This document shows, in pieces, positions 42,891 through 57,711 of a stretch of 64,000 nucleotides of DNA. Numbering within the stretch: position 1 is the first letter of the stretch; each line of letters starts with the position of its first letter. The notes beneath the pieces were generated by a model. It searched no databases. It worked only from the letters and a program-made list of their open reading frames with translations, and had not been told where the DNA came from. Both the position numbers and the translations under genes were made by a program. This DNA is from Bacillota bacterium. Lineage in GTDB: Bacteria > Bacillota > Bacilli > Bacillales_A > Planococcaceae. The DNA is taken from assembly GCA_023405135.1 (NCBI GenBank), contig JAEXYZ010000062.1, positions 6,500 to 70,499 on the forward strand. Direction: 5' to 3'.

Positions 42891-44165
42891 ATGACGAAAT
42901 ATATAAAAGATGTAAAGCTAGTAAATGAACAAAGTGAACTAATTAACTCAACTGTAACAATAGAAAATGGAAAAATTGTTGCCATTGGTGAAGAACAGCC
43001 TGTAGGAGCAGAAATTATTGATGGAAAAGGAAATTTATTAGCACCTGGCTTTGTAGATGTACATGTGCATCTACGAGAACCAGGCTTTGAACATAAAGAA
43101 ACAATCGCTACTGGATCAGCTTCAGCTGCTAAGGGTGGATTTACTACAATTTGTGCAATGCCAAATACAAAACCTGTGCCAGATTCAGTAGAAAACTTAC
43201 AATTAATTAATGGATTAATTAAAGAAAGTGCGGTAGTTCGAGTACTTCCTTATGGTTCACTAACTGTTGCCCAATCAGGTGATGAGCGTACAAATTTGGC
43301 TGACCTAAAAGCGCACGGTGCAGTAGCATTTTCAGATGATGGAGTAGGCGTACAATTGGCATCAACAATGTATGAGCAAATGAAAGATGCAGCAAAACTT
43401 GATATGGTTGTCGTTGCCCATTGTGAAGACAATTCTCTAATTTATGATGGCGTCATGCACGAAGGAAAACGAAATAAAGAACTAGGCCTACCAGGAATTC
43501 CATCAATTTGCGAATCGGTACAAATTGCGCGAGATGTTTTATTAGCTGAAGCGGCAGGAGCTCGTTATCACGTATGTCACGTGTCAACGAAAGAGTCAGT
43601 AAGAGCTGTAAGAGATGCAAAAGCAGCTGGTATCCGAGTTACTGCAGAAGTTTGTCCGCATCATTTGTTACTTGAAGAGATGGATATACCAGGAGATGAT
43701 GCGAATTGGAAAATGAACCCTCCATTACGTGCTCTTGATGATAAAGACTCATTACATGCAGCGTTACTTGATGGGACAATCGATTGTATCGCAACAGACC
43801 ATGCACCACACACAGTTGAAGAAAAATGCTGTGGTATGGTTGGTGCTCCATTTGGAATTGTCGGTTTTGAAACAGCATTCCCACTTTTATATACACAATT
43901 TGTTGAGACAGGAAAATGGACGTTAAAACAATTAATTGATTGGATGTCAGTAAAGCCTGCCGAAATATTCAACCTACCTTACGGGAAAATAGAAGTCGGT
44001 GCTTCAGCAGATTTAACAATTATTGATTTAAATAAAGAACAAACAATTCATGCAGAGGAGTTTGTGTCAAAAGGACGGAATACTCCGTTTAATGGATGGA
44101 CTGCAAAAGGCTGGCCAATCATGACAATTTTTGAAGGCAACATCGTCTATAAGGAGGAGAAATAA
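42891..44165 (+). CDS. pyrC: Dihydroorotase
   Basis: [16 protein letters not shown] and IATDHAPH motifs. Confidence 0.96.
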   Translation: MTKYIKDVKLVNEQSELINSTVTIENGKIVAIGEEQPVGAEIIDGKGNLLAPGFVDVHVHLREPGFEHKETIATGSASAAKGGFTTICAMPNTKPVPDSVENLQLINGLIKESAVVRVLPYGSLTVAQSGDERTNLADLKAHGAVAFSDDGVGVQLASTMYEQMKDAAKLDMVVVAHCEDNSLIYDGVMHEGKRNKELGLPGIPSICESVQIARDVLLAEAAGARYHVCHVSTKESVRAVRDAKAAGIRVTAEVCPHHLLLEEMDIPGDDANWKMNPPLRALDDKDSLHAALLDGTIDCIATDHAPHTVEEKCCGMVGAPFGIVGFETAFPLLYTQFVETGKWTLKQLIDWMSVKPAEIFNLPYGKIEVGASADLTIIDLNKEQTIHAEEFVSKGRNTPFNGWTAKGWPIMTIFEGNIVYKEEK

Positions 44166-45265
44166 TGAAGAAACGTTTATTAATTTTAGAAGACGGAACA
44201 GTATTTAATGGTATTGCGTTCGGAAGTGATCGTGCTTCCCAAGGTGAGGTTGTATTTACAACTGGTATGACTGGTTACCAAGAAACATTATCAGACCCAT
44301 CCTTTTATGGACAAATTGTTACATTCACATATCCTTTAATCGGAAATTATGGAATTAATCGTGATGATTTTGAATCGATAACTCCGGCTATTCGAGGAAT
44401 CGTTTGCCGAGAGCTTGCTAAACATCCATCGAACTTCCGTAATGATATGTCGCTTAATGATTATTTACTATCTCAAGACATCCCTGGTATCGAAGGAATT
44501 GATACACGTAAATTAACACGTATTATTCGTTCGAAAGGAGCTGTTAAAGCAATTCTTACAGCTGCCAATGAAGAAGTGAATGTTGATGCAATTGTTGAGC
44601 AGCTTAAAGCAACACCTCTTATTACAAACCATGTAAAAGAAGTATCACCGAAAGCAGCTTATCCAAGTCCAGGCCGTGGGAAGCGTGTTGTTATTATGGA
44701 CTTCGGCATGAAACATGGGATTTTACGTGAATTAAATAAACGTGATTGTGATGTACTAGTAGTTCCTTATAACACATCAGCTGAATCTATTTTAGCTTGG
44801 CATCCAGATGGCATTATGCTGTCAAATGGACCTGGTGACCCTCAAGATGTTACAGAAGGAATTGAAACAATCCGTAACTTAATCGGAAAAGTGCCAATCT
44901 TCGGAATTTGCTTAGGGCACCAATTATTTGCTCTTGCATGTGGAGCAAAAAGTTTCAAATTACCATTTGGACATCGTGGAGGAAACCACCCAGTAAAAGA
45001 TTTACGTACTGGTCGAACAGAATTAACGTCACAAAATCATGGTTATGCAATTGATGAAAAATCTTTAGAAGGTACAGATTTAGAAGTAACACATATTGCT
45101 CTAAATGACGGTACTATTGAAGGTTTACGTCATAAGAAACATCCTGTATTTACAGTACAATATCACCCAGAAGCTTCACCTGGGCCAGAGGATTCAAATC
45201 ACTTATTTGATGAATTTATCGAACTAATGGAAGTCCACGCAGGGAAGGAGAAACAACATGCCTAA
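44165..45265 (+). CDS. pyrAA: Carbamoyl-phosphate synthase small subunit (pyrimidine-specific)
   Basis: [21 protein letters not shown] and [10 protein letters not shown] motifs. Confidence 0.96.
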   Translation: MKKRLLILEDGTVFNGIAFGSDRASQGEVVFTTGMTGYQETLSDPSFYGQIVTFTYPLIGNYGINRDDFESITPAIRGIVCRELAKHPSNFRNDMSLNDYLLSQDIPGIEGIDTRKLTRIIRSKGAVKAILTAANEEVNVDAIVEQLKATPLITNHVKEVSPKAAYPSPGRGKRVVIMDFGMKHGILRELNKRDCDVLVVPYNTSAESILAWHPDGIMLSNGPGDPQDVTEGIETIRNLIGKVPIFGICLGHQLFALACGAKSFKLPFGHRGGNHPVKDLRTGRTELTSQNHGYAIDEKSLEGTDLEVTHIALNDGTIEGLRHKKHPVFTVQYHPEASPGPEDSNHLFDEFIELMEVHAGKEKQHA

Positions 45266-48200
45266 ACGAACAGATATAGAAACAATTTTAGTAATCGGAT
45301 CAGGTCCAATTGTCATCGGTCAAGCAGCAGAATTTGACTACGCAGGAACTCAAGCTTGTCTTTCTTTAAAAGAAGAGGGCTACCGAGTAATTTTAATTAA
45401 CTCAAACCCCGCAACAATAATGACGGATACGCAAATTGCAGATAAAGTATATCTTGAACCAATTTCACTTGAATTCGTCTCTCGTATTTTAAGAAAAGAA
45501 CGTCCAGATGCGATCCTTCCAACACTTGGAGGACAAACTGGTTTAAATATGGCCATTGAATTAGATAACTCAGGAATTTTAGACGAGCTTGGAATTGAAA
45601 TTTTAGGTACAAAGTTAGATGCAATTAATAAAGCAGAAGACCGAGACCAATTCCGTAATTTAATGTATGAATTAGGTGCTCCTGTACCAGAATCAGATAT
45701 TATTCATAATTTAGAGGAAGCACGAAACTTTGTTGCGAAAATCGGTTACCCAGTTATTGTTCGCCCTGCCTTTACACTTGGTGGAACAGGCGGCGGTATT
45801 TGTAACAACGATCAAGAATTAGAGGAAATCGTAACGAGCGGTTTAAAATATAGCCCAGTTACACAATGTTTACTTGAAAAATCAATCGCTGGTTATAAAG
45901 AAGTCGAATATGAAGTAATGCGTGACTCTATCGACAATGCAATCGTAGTATGTAACATGGAAAATTTCGACCCGGTAGGAATTCATACAGGAGATTCAAT
46001 CGTAGTAGCACCTTCTCAAACATTATCAGATCGTGAATACCAAATGCTACGTAACATTTCATTAGATATTATTCGCGCATTAAAAATTGAAGGTGGATGT
46101 AACGTACAATTAGCTTTAGATCCAAATAGTTTCAACTATTATGTAATCGAAGTTAACCCGCGTGTATCACGTTCATCAGCGTTAGCATCAAAAGCAACGG
46201 GTTATCCGATTGCAAAATTAGCAGCGAAAATTGCAGTAGGTTTAACTTTAGATGAAATTATTAATCCTGTAACGGGATCAACTTATGCTGATTTTGAGCC
46301 AGCACTTGATTACATTGTTGCCAAAATTCCACGCTGGCCATTCGATAAATTCGAATCTGCTAAACGTAATTTAGGAACACAAATGAAAGCAACTGGAGAA
46401 GTTATGGCTCTTGGTCGTAACTTTGAAGAAGCAATTTTAAAAGCAGTACGTTCTCTTGAAACGGGGCATACTCATATTGAATTGAAACATGCAGAAGACA
46501 ATTCAGATAGCTGGATTGAAAAACGTATCCGTAAAGCAGGTGACGAACGACTATTTTTCATCGCAGAAGCATTGCGCCGAGGTGTTACAATCGAGCAAAT
46601 TCATGAATGGTCTCAAATTGACTTATGGTTCCTAAATAAATTGCAAAACATTATTAATATGGAAGCAACTTTAGCTGAAAATGTAAACGATGCTGACATA
46701 TTACGCCAAGCAAAACGACTAGGCTTTGCAGATAAGAAAATTGCAGAACTTTGGAATACAACTCCAGAAGCAATTTATCAATACCGTAAAGAACAAAATA
46801 TTATCCCTGTATATAAAATGGTTGATACTTGTGCAGCAGAATTTGAATCCACAACGCCTTACTTCTATGGAACATATGAGGAAGAAAATGAATCTATCGT
46901 AACAGAGAAACCATCTGTAATCGTTCTCGGTTCAGGTCCGATACGTATCGGTCAAGGTGTTGAATTTGACTACGCAACAGTTCATTCTGTATGGGCTATT
47001 CAAGAAGCAGGATATGAAGCGATTATTATTAACTCGAATCCTGAAACAGTTTCAACAGACTTCTCGATCTCAGATAAGCTGTACTTTGAGCCTTTAACAA
47101 TTGAAGATGTAATGCACATTATTGACCTTGAAAAGCCGATTGGAGTTGTCGTTCAATTCGGAGGACAAACAGCAATTAACCTAGCAGATAAGTTAGCTGC
47201 AAATGGAGTGAAAATTTTAGGAACTAGCTTAGAAGATATTGATCGCGCTGAAAACCGTGATAAATTCGAGCAAGCTCTACGTGAATTGGACATTCCACAG
47301 CCAGCAGGTGAGACAGCAGTATCAACGGAAGAAGCATTAGAAATCGGTAAAAAGCTTGGCTTCCCAGTTTTAGTTCGTCCTTCATACGTGCTAGGTGGAC
47401 GTGCAATGGAAATTGTCTATAATGAGCAAGAATTAGAGCATTATATGGAAAATGCAGTAGAAGCTTCTCCAGATCATCCTGTACTAGTAGACCGCTACTT
47501 AACAGGTCAAGAAATCGAAGTAGATGCAATTTGTGATGGTGAGAATGTATTAATTCCAGGTATTATGGAGCATGTTGAACGTGCAGGGGTTCACTCAGGT
47601 GACTCAATCTCAGTATACCCACCACAAAAATTAACAGATGAACAAAAAGCAACATTAGTTGATTACACAACTCGCTTAGCAAAAGGCCTAAACATCGTTG
47701 GTTTAATGAACATCCAATACGTACTATCGAACGGTGAAATCTTCGTTATTGAAGTGAACCCTCGCTCAAGTCGTACAGTACCGTTCTTAAGTAAGATTAC
47801 AAACATTCCAATGGCAAACATTGCAACGAAAGCTATTCTTGGGCAGTCAATCATTGAACAAGGGTACCCAACAGGACTTGCTAAAGAGCAAAAAGGGGTA
47901 TTTGTAAAAGTACCAGTATTCAGCTTTGCTAAATTACGCCGTGTTGACATTACATTAGGACCTGAAATGAAATCAACAGGTGAAGTAATGGGGAAAGATG
48001 CAACCTTTGAAAAAGCATTATATAAAGGCTTTGTTGCAGCAGGAATGGAAATTAAAACGTACGGTACAGTATTGTTTACTGTATCAGATAAAGATAAGGA
48101 AGAAGCAATCCAACTAGCAAAACGTTTTAATACTGTTGGTTATCGTATTATGGCAACAGAGGGTACTGCGAGAAGCTTTGCTGAAGCGGGCGTGCAAGCT

Positions 48201-48454
48201 GATGTTGTAGGTAAAATTGGCTCGAAAGAAAAAACATTACTTGATGTTATTCAAAATGGCGAGGCTCAGCTAGTTGTTAATACATTAACAAAAGGGAAAC
48301 AGCCAGCTCGCGATGGATTCCGAATTCGTCGTGAATCAGTAGAAAATGGTGTGCCATGTTTAACATCACTTGATACAGCAGAAGCAATGTTGGAAATAAT
48401 TGAATCGATGACATTCACAGCAGAAGAAATGCCAAAAGCGGAGGTATTCCATTA

Positions 48455-48455
<1 letters not shown>
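45258..48455 (+). CDS. pyrAB: Carbamoyl-phosphate synthase large subunit (pyrimidine-specific)
   Basis: [22 protein letters not shown], duplicated ATP-grasp halves and MGS domain. Confidence 0.97.
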
Positions 48456-50135
<1,680 letters not shown>

Positions 50136-50136
<1 letters not shown>

Positions 50137-50840
50137 TGAATAAGCCAATCATTGCACTAGATTTTCCTAGTGAACAAGAGGTATTTAAGTTTTTAAATTT
50201 ATTTAAAGAGCCGTTGTTTGTAAAAATTGGAATGGAGCTTTATTTACAGGAAGGGCCTGATATAGTTCGCAAAGTAAAAGAACAAGGTCATGATATTTTC
50301 TTAGATTTAAAGCTACATGATATTCCAAATACAGTTAAATCCGCAATGAAAGGTTTAGCAAGACTAGGTGTCGATTTAGTCAATGTTCATGCAGCTGGTG
50401 GTATCAATATGATGGAAGCAGCCCTTGAAGGACTAGAAGCTGGAACTTCTGCAGGTGAGAAGAGGGCAAAATTAATTGCAGTGACGCAATTAACTTCAAC
50501 AACAGAACAACAAATGCAGCAACAACAACAAATAAACTTATCACTACTTGAATCGGTATTACATTATGCAACAATTACAAAACAAGCAGGCTTGGATGGA
50601 GTTGTATGTTCTGTACATGAAGCGCGGGCAATCGCTGAGCAGTGCGGTGAAGATTTTCTACGTGTAACACCTGGTATTCGTTTAGCCGGTGGAGAAGCAC
50701 ACGATCAAAATCGAATTGCAACACCAGATGGAGCACGTAGAAATGGTTCGTCATTAATCGTAGTAGGGCGTGCAATTACAAATGCACAAAACCCGGTTGC
50801 AGCATATAAAACAGTAAGCGAATTATGGGAGGAAAAATAA
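50136..50840 (+). CDS. pyrF: Orotidine-5'-phosphate decarboxylase
   Basis: [18 protein letters not shown] and VTPGIR motifs. Confidence 0.97.
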
Positions 50841-51470
50841 ATGTCATTACAAAAAGAAATCGCACATGCAATGTTAAAGGTTGGTGCAGTTGAGTTAAAC
50901 CCAACTGAATTATTTACTTGGGCTTCTGGAATAAAATCACCAATTTACTGTGATACACGTTTAACAATTTCAGATTCTATTATTCGTAAACAAATTGCAA
51001 AGGGTCTTGCACAAAATATTAAGGAATTCTTCCCTGATACAGATGTAGTTGCAGGTACTGCCACTGCTGGTATTCCTCATGCTGCATGGGTTTCAGATAT
51101 TTTAGAATTACCAATGGTATATGTACGTTCGAAAGCGAAGGAACATGGTCGTGGTAATCAAATTGAAGGGAAAATTAAAGCCGGTCAAAAAGTAGTAGTA
51201 GTGGAAGATATAATCTCAACAGGTGGTTCTTCTATTACAGCAGTTGAAGCATTACGGGCTGCTGGTTGTGAAGTTGCTGGAGTTGTATGTGTCTATACAT
51301 ATAATTTACCTCGAGCAGAACAAGCTTTTGAAAAAACAGGCGTTAAATATGTTAGCTTAACGAATTTTGATTATTTAGTAGAAGCAGCAACTGAATCGGG
51401 AGCTATAAAAGAAGACAATATCCCGTTTTTAAAAGAGTGGCATGCGAAATTGAAAGCAGGGGAATTATAA
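50841..51470 (+). CDS. pyrE: Orotate phosphoribosyltransferase
   Basis: WASGIKSPIYCD and VVEDIISTGGS motifs. Confidence 0.97.
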   Translation: MSLQKEIAHAMLKVGAVELNPTELFTWASGIKSPIYCDTRLTISDSIIRKQIAKGLAQNIKEFFPDTDVVAGTATAGIPHAAWVSDILELPMVYVRSKAKEHGRGNQIEGKIKAGQKVVVVEDIISTGGSSITAVEALRAAGCEVAGVVCVYTYNLPRAEQAFEKTGVKYVSLTNFDYLVEAATESGAIKEDNIPFLKEWHAKLKAGEL

Positions 51471-51684
51471 GTACTATTGTTTATTAAAAATGTAGAAAGT
51501 ACAAAATTCTAGGTTAGCTACGGTAAATATCAACAACAATCGCATCGAAAAATGTATAGCAAGAGATTTTAAATAATCAAAACATACTCGGTTAATTATA
51601 GAAACTACTTATAAAGCTGCTTAATTCCAATTAAGTACACTAAACTAAATTGTACTAATGATTATTCTATTTAAGAATAAATAT

Positions 51685-51728
51685 AAGGAGTTACTATCAA
51701 ATTAAATATGATAGTAACTCCTTTCTTT
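51685..51728. terminator. Terminator between convergent pyrE and the MCP gene
   Basis: AAGGAGTTACTATCA/TGATAGTAACTCCTT inverted repeat. Confidence 0.78.
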
Positions 51729-51776
51729 ATACCTTTAACTTTGTTAAATTTTGGTAGAGCTAGCAAAAGCTTCTTA

Positions 51777-53462
51777 CTAAACTTTAAATTTTTTCAATAA
51801 TTGTTGTAGTTCAACCGATTGATTCGATAATTCTATTGCCACATTATTAACGCCAACCATCGTTGCAGTTTGTTCCTCTACTGCAGCTGCGATTGTTTCC
51901 ATGTGATCTGCTGCATTTGTAGAACCATTTGATATTTCTTCAACTGAAGCGGCTACTTCTTCTGCACTTGCTGAAATTTGCTGAGATGCAGCAGAAATAT
52001 CACTAATTTGCTCGCTCATTAAATCGATTGCCTGTTGAATTAATTTAAATGATTCGCCAGTTTCAGTAATAATCTCGACACCTTCATGAACTGAATGGAG
52101 AGAGTCATTTACTGCTTTTTCGACATTTTCAGTGTCCACTTTTATGGAGTTTGTCAATTCTACAATTTTGCCTGCAGAATGATTAGATTCTTCAGCAAGT
52201 TTTCGTACTTCCTCTGCAACAACAGCAAAACCTTTTCCATGTTCTCCTGCTCTAGCGGCTTCAATAGCAGCATTTAAAGCAAGCAAGTTCGTTTGCTCTG
52301 TTATGTTCGTAATCACTTGAGTAATATTGCCAATTTCCTCTGACTGTTTACTTAATTTTTGTACTAAGTTATTTACAACTGTTGAGGATTCTTTAATAAT
52401 ATTCATCTGATTTTGTGCCTGTTCCACAGTTTTACTTCCAGCTTCAGCTGTTTCAGAGGAATTCATTGCATTTTGATGAAGTGCTTGTGTTGATTCAGCA
52501 ATTTTCTGAATACCTGCAGCTGTTTCATCCATTGCGCGTGCGCTTTCATTTGACGCATTAGAGGAAGTTTTAGCAAGCTCCGCTGTTTGTTCAACTCGTT
52601 TTGCCATATCTTCTGAAGTCGCTGTCATCTCCTCGGTACTCGCTGATAATTCTTCAGCAGCCGCTGTTACCTTTTCATTACTTCCTTGAACATTTCGTAT
52701 TAAAAGTTGTAAATTTGATTTCATTTTATTGAATGCGTTTGAAAGTTGACCGATTTCATCTTTTGACTTATGTATAATAACTTCATTTGATAAATCACCA
52801 TCTGCAATTAAATTTGCTGATTCAACAATTTGTTGTAATGGTTTTGAAATCGAACGGATTACGTAAGCGATAATTATAATACCGATTAATACTCCGATTA
52901 TAATTGCCACAAATGTAATCAATCTAGTTTGTTTCACAGTATCCTTTGCACTAGCGGAAACTTTGTTTAGTTGCTCTATTTGATAGTTTGCAATTTTTTC
53001 AGAGTACTCAAGAATTCCGACATTTGCCGTTTTGGCTTCACTTAAAACGACTTCAAGTGCTGTTTGCTTATCACCAGCATTAAAGTGAACCCACATTTTT
53101 TCTACAGCTTCATTAAATTTATTATTGTAGACGTTAATTTCATCCACATATTTTTTTAATTCCGGTTCAGTTGTTTGCTTCGTAAGTTCCTCAATTTTAT
53201 CGTCTAAAAATTTTTGGTATGTAGTTAAGTTATCTCGCGTTTCTTGTGTATCATCAATCATTATAGCTTGTACATACAGACCTTGCATCGCCATTCCATA
53301 TTTTATGTCATCTGCTAATCGCACTTGGGTTACTTGTTTATTAACAGCTTGTTCGACTTTATTATTAATGTTGTTAATTTGCATCAGTATAATGCCCAAT
53401 GAAATGACCAATACGGCAATGACAGTAAAAAAACCGATTCCAATTTTTTTGCCGATAGACAT
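51777..53462 (-). CDS. Methyl-accepting chemotaxis protein (two TMs, helical-bundle sensor, HAMP, signalling domain)
   Basis: [12 protein letters not shown] and [35 protein letters not shown] signature. Confidence 0.95.
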   Translation of the reverse strand: MSIGKKIGIGFFTVIAVLVISLGIILMQINNINNKVEQAVNKQVTQVRLADDIKYGMAMQGLYVQAIMIDDTQETRDNLTTYQKFLDDKIEELTKQTTEPELKKYVDEINVYNNKFNEAVEKMWVHFNAGDKQTALEVVLSEAKTANVGILEYSEKIANYQIEQLNKVSASAKDTVKQTRLITFVAIIIGVLIGIIIIAYVIRSISKPLQQIVESANLIADGDLSNEVIIHKSKDEIGQLSNAFNKMKSNLQLLIRNVQGSNEKVTAAAEELSASTEEMTATSEDMAKRVEQTAELAKTSSNASNESARAMDETAAGIQKIAESTQALHQNAMNSSETAEAGSKTVEQAQNQMNIIKESSTVVNNLVQKLSKQSEEIGNITQVITNITEQTNLLALNAAIEAARAGEHGKGFAVVAEEVRKLAEESNHSAGKIVELTNSIKVDTENVEKAVNDSLHSVHEGVEIITETGESFKLIQQAIDLMSEQISDISAASQQISASAEEVAASVEEISNGSTNAADHMETIAAAVEEQTATMVGVNNVAIELSNQSVELQQLLKKFKV

Positions 53463-53639
53463 ATGTATCCCCCTTTAAAATAAATAATAAATAATTCATC
53501 CTACTTTTCAGTAATAACGTAATTACTTTATTCCTATTTGAGTGTGTTGGTCAAGAATAGAAATGATTATTAATTGAATTTTGTGATTTTTCAAGGAATT
53601 CTTAATATTAGCGAGTAAGTATTTTTGCTTAAGAGTTTT

Positions 53640-53670
53640 AAAAAAAAAACGCCCAAAATTTGGACGCTCT
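53640..53670 (-). terminator. Intrinsic terminator after rqcH
   Basis: Minus strand reads GCGTCCAA-ATT-TTGGGCGT followed by a T-tract. Confidence 0.65.
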
Positions 53671-53676
53671 TCAAAA

Positions 53677-55359
53677 TTATTTTTTAAGTTTTAGTACCAT
53701 TTCTTCATTTGGTGTAACGTAAAGAGTTTTTTGTTCAAAGTAAATGACAAACCCTGGCTTTGCCCCATTTGGTTTTTTCACTTGACGAATTTCTGTGTAG
53801 TCCACTGGAACAGAAGAAGACTCTCGCGCTTTACTATAATAAGCACTTAAGGTAGCTGCTTCTAGTAAAGTTGTTTCGTCTGGTTCGTTTGAATGAATGA
53901 CTACGTGAGAACCAGGGATATCTTTAGTATGAAGCCAAATATCTGTTTTTTTCGCTAACTTGAATGTTAAATAATCATTTTGTTTATTATTTTTCCCCAC
54001 GGAAATCGCAATTCCTGTTGAAGAAACAAATTGCTCGGGGGAAGGCTTTGTCGGTTTTTTCTTACGTTTTGTTGCACGCATACGAAGATAGCCTTGTTCT
54101 GCAAGCTCTTCACGAATTTCTTCTATATCAGCAGGGGAAGCTTGTCCAACCTGTGCTAGAATCATCTCGAAATACTGGATTTCACTTTTTGTTTTTTCCA
54201 TTTGCTCATTAATCATGATCAATGCATTTTTTGCTTTATTATATTTCGTATAATAGCTTTGAGCATTTTCAACTGGTGTTTTTCTTTCACTAATCGGGAT
54301 GGTGATTTGCTCTTCATTTTCACTATAGTAATTTATAACAGTTACTTCTTTCATTCCTTTTTCAAACTGATATAAATTGGCCATAAGCAATTCACCATAA
54401 AGTTGAAATTTATCTAATTTTGATGCATGATCAAGATCCTTTTGAAGCTTTTTTAATTTCAAATTTAGTTTATTCAGTTCATTTTGAAGCCAACGTTCTA
54501 AATCTCCAGCCTGTTGTTTAACACGGTCCCGTTCTGCTCGCGCATAGAAGGTACGATCTAACAAAGCGCTTAAATTTTCAAAAGCTGTTTCTTTTCCTTT
54601 TAAATGAATTAGCTTGGTTGGTGAAAAATAAGTTTTTTGATTAGCTTCTAAATATGTTGGATATGCACTTGTTATGATTTCGTTAATAAACTTTCGATAT
54701 TGTTCTATCATATCTCCTTGCTTTAAGCGGTATAATAACTCTTCTGCGTGAGTAGGAGAAAAACCTTTAAAATAAGAAACAACGTCTTTTGCGTTTTTTT
54801 CTTCAGAGAAAAATTTTCGTAATTCATCATCTGAAACCGTTGCTGGATTAATTTTATTTTGTGCAGGTGGAGCTATGTATTGTTGTCCAGGCAATACTGT
54901 TCGATAGCTGTTTATTGATGGTGGTAAATGCTTTAAGCTGTCGATAATTTTATTTGAGTCGCTATCAATCAAAAGTACATTACTATGACGTCCCATAATT
55001 TCAATCGTTAATTTGCGGAAAACTTGATCGCCAATTTCGTTTTTACTTTCAATATTTAATGTAATAATTCGTTCAAAAGCATCTGTCTCAATTCCATGAA
55101 TAAACCCGCCCTCTAAATGCTTTCGTAGCAACATACAAAACATTGGAGGTTCAGCAGGATTATCAATTGACTGTTGTGTTAAGTGCACGCGAGCATATGA
55201 AGGATGGATGGAACATAGCAATTTAAAATTTTCACCATTCGCACGCATATGTAGTACGATTTCAAGTGCGTTTGGCTGGTGTATTTTTGTAATTCGTCCT
55301 GAAACAAGTTTTTTTAGCTCATTCACCATTGAAAAAGTGAATAATCCATCAAAAGCCAT
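53677..55359 (-). CDS. rqcH: Ribosome quality-control protein RqcH (Rqc2/FbpA/YloA, NFACT)
   Basis: MAFDGLF, FCMLLRKHL, EIMGRHSN, GKNNKQND and WLHTKDIPGSHV motifs. Confidence 0.95.
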   Translation of the reverse strand: MAFDGLFTFSMVNELKKLVSGRITKIHQPNALEIVLHMRANGENFKLLCSIHPSYARVHLTQQSIDNPAEPPMFCMLLRKHLEGGFIHGIETDAFERIITLNIESKNEIGDQVFRKLTIEIMGRHSNVLLIDSDSNKIIDSLKHLPPSINSYRTVLPGQQYIAPPAQNKINPATVSDDELRKFFSEEKNAKDVVSYFKGFSPTHAEELLYRLKQGDMIEQYRKFINEIITSAYPTYLEANQKTYFSPTKLIHLKGKETAFENLSALLDRTFYARAERDRVKQQAGDLERWLQNELNKLNLKLKKLQKDLDHASKLDKFQLYGELLMANLYQFEKGMKEVTVINYYSENEEQITIPISERKTPVENAQSYYTKYNKAKNALIMINEQMEKTKSEIQYFEMILAQVGQASPADIEEIREELAEQGYLRMRATKRKKKPTKPSPEQFVSSTGIAISVGKNNKQNDYLTFKLAKKTDIWLHTKDIPGSHVVIHSNEPDETTLLEAATLSAYYSKARESSSVPVDYTEIRQVKKPNGAKPGFVIYFEQKTLYVTPNEEMVLKLKK

Positions 55360-55761
55360 GTAAATTCCTCTTTTCTAAATTTCTATTAGTACTAGCGGGT
55401 GAGTTTAGTTTTTAGGATATGTCACAAATTAGAATAAACTTATGAGTGAACATGTTATTTAGTCGTCTTTTTGTTAAACATAAATAAAAAAATCACTTTT
55501 ATTATACTATAGTTCGTTCTTCTTGCCTTCTTCATTGCCTTTTTATACTAAATCCTATTCATTTAAAACTTCAATATTGACGAATTTTATTGTGAAAATT
55601 AATTTGCCTCCTTTGCAGGATCAATTAATATAGAAGTGATTAAATTCCCTAGTTAATTAAGAAAAGTGAATTGAAAGGGGAATTATTAACAGTTAAAGTG
55701 CGAAAAATTACAAAAGGTATGATATAATTGGAATAGTATGCAAAGAAAGGTGTGACGAACC

Positions 55762-56637
55762 TTGGTATGTAGTATGACTGGTTTTGGTAGGGGTGTCACA
55801 ACCACGAGTAATTTTCAACTTACTGTTGAAGTTCGTTCTGTTAATCATCGTTTTCTTGAAATTTATACGAAATTTCCTAAGGAATGGTTAGAGGCAGAAA
55901 TGCTAGCCAAAAAAATTTTTTCACAATATGTACAACGTGGAAAATTAGATGTTGTAGTTAATTTGAAATTGATGGGAAATGAAAAAGCTACGTTTCAAAT
56001 TGATTGGTCTATTATTGAGGCTTATAAAAATGCAAAGAAACAACTTCGTGAAGTATTACCCCTAGAAGAAGCATGGACGATGGAGGAGCTTTTTTCATTA
56101 GAAAATGCATTAACATATGAAAAGCAAGAAATTTCCTCAGAGGAGCTTCAAGAGGCTGTAGTAAATGCTGTTAAAGAAGCTGCGGAAAAATTAGTTGAAA
56201 TGCGAAAAAGAGAAGGTCAACAATTAAAAAATGCTTTACTTCAATATAAAACAGAATTGAAAGAGCAAATTGAATTTATTCGTGAATTTTCATATCAAGC
56301 TGTAAAAAAGTATCGCGACAAACTAACTGAAAGAATATTAGAAATTGCAAAGGTAGATGCTATTGAAGATCGTTTGCTTGCTGAAGTAGCATTATTTGCT
56401 GATCGAGTAGATATTACGGAAGAGCTAGATCGTCTAGATAGCCATTTTAATCAGTTGGAAGAAACGCTAGAAGAATCTACTTCAATCGGTCGTAAATTGG
56501 ATTTCCTAATGCAGGAAATGCATCGGGAAATAAATACGATTGCCTCGAAGAATCAATCTTCTGAAGTATCAGTAGCCGTCGTTCAAAGTAAAACAATTTT
56601 AGAAAAAATGAGAGAACAAGTACAAAATATCGAATAA
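55762..56637 (+). CDS. yloC: YicC/YloC family endoribonuclease
   Basis: SMTGFGR, RSVNHRFLE, GRKLDFLMQEMHREINT and REQVQNIE motifs. Confidence 0.94.
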   Translation: MVCSMTGFGRGVTTTSNFQLTVEVRSVNHRFLEIYTKFPKEWLEAEMLAKKIFSQYVQRGKLDVVVNLKLMGNEKATFQIDWSIIEAYKNAKKQLREVLPLEEAWTMEELFSLENALTYEKQEISSEELQEAVVNAVKEAAEKLVEMRKREGQQLKNALLQYKTELKEQIEFIREFSYQAVKKYRDKLTERILEIAKVDAIEDRLLAEVALFADRVDITEELDRLDSHFNQLEETLEESTSIGRKLDFLMQEMHREINTIASKNQSSEVSVAVVQSKTILEKMREQVQNIE

Positions 56638-56730
56638 TTCGTTTATGCTATTAGGTATCATTTAAAAAATGTTGTTTTATTTTGATTTAGCAGAAGACTT
56701 CCACCGAATTGGTGGCGAAAATAGCAGTAA

Positions 56731-57369
<639 letters not shown>

Positions 57370-57374
57370 ATTTT

Positions 57375-57599
57375 ATGTTATACCCATCTATTGATGCATT
57401 AAAAAACAAAATTGATTCTAAATATTCTTTAGTAAGTCTTGCTGCCAAACGCGCACGCCAAATGCAAGAACAAGGCGATGAAAAATTAAGAGGCTATGTG
57501 TCATACAAGCCAGTAGGTAAAGCATTAGAAGAAGTAGCAGCAGGTATTTTAAATAAAGAAAAGCAAGACGAGTCTACAGTATACGAGGACGAAGTATAA
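57375..57599 (+). CDS. rpoZ: RNA polymerase omega subunit
   Basis: [22 protein letters not shown] and KPVGKALEE motifs. Confidence 0.95.
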   Translation: MLYPSIDALKNKIDSKYSLVSLAAKRARQMQEQGDEKLRGYVSYKPVGKALEEVAAGILNKEKQDESTVYEDEV

Positions 57600-57656
57600 T
57601 TGTCATGCGTCATGCAATTGTAGACATGTAAATTTTATGATATGACGATCTTAAGT

Positions 57657-57688
57657 AGCTCCCGAAGAATTTTTTCTTTGGGAGCTTA
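57657..57688 (+). terminator. Hairpin or possible terminator after rpoZ
   Basis: AGCTCCCGAAGA/TCTTTGGGAGCT stem with a weak U-tract. Confidence 0.5.
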
Positions 57689-57711
57689 TCATTTGGAAGG
57701 GTGAGTTAGTC

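Noticed and set aside
51525..51552. ATCAACAACAATCGCATCGAAAA, a possible repeat-terminus remnant after pyrE
   Set aside because: Short and AT-rich, so it cannot be distinguished from chance.
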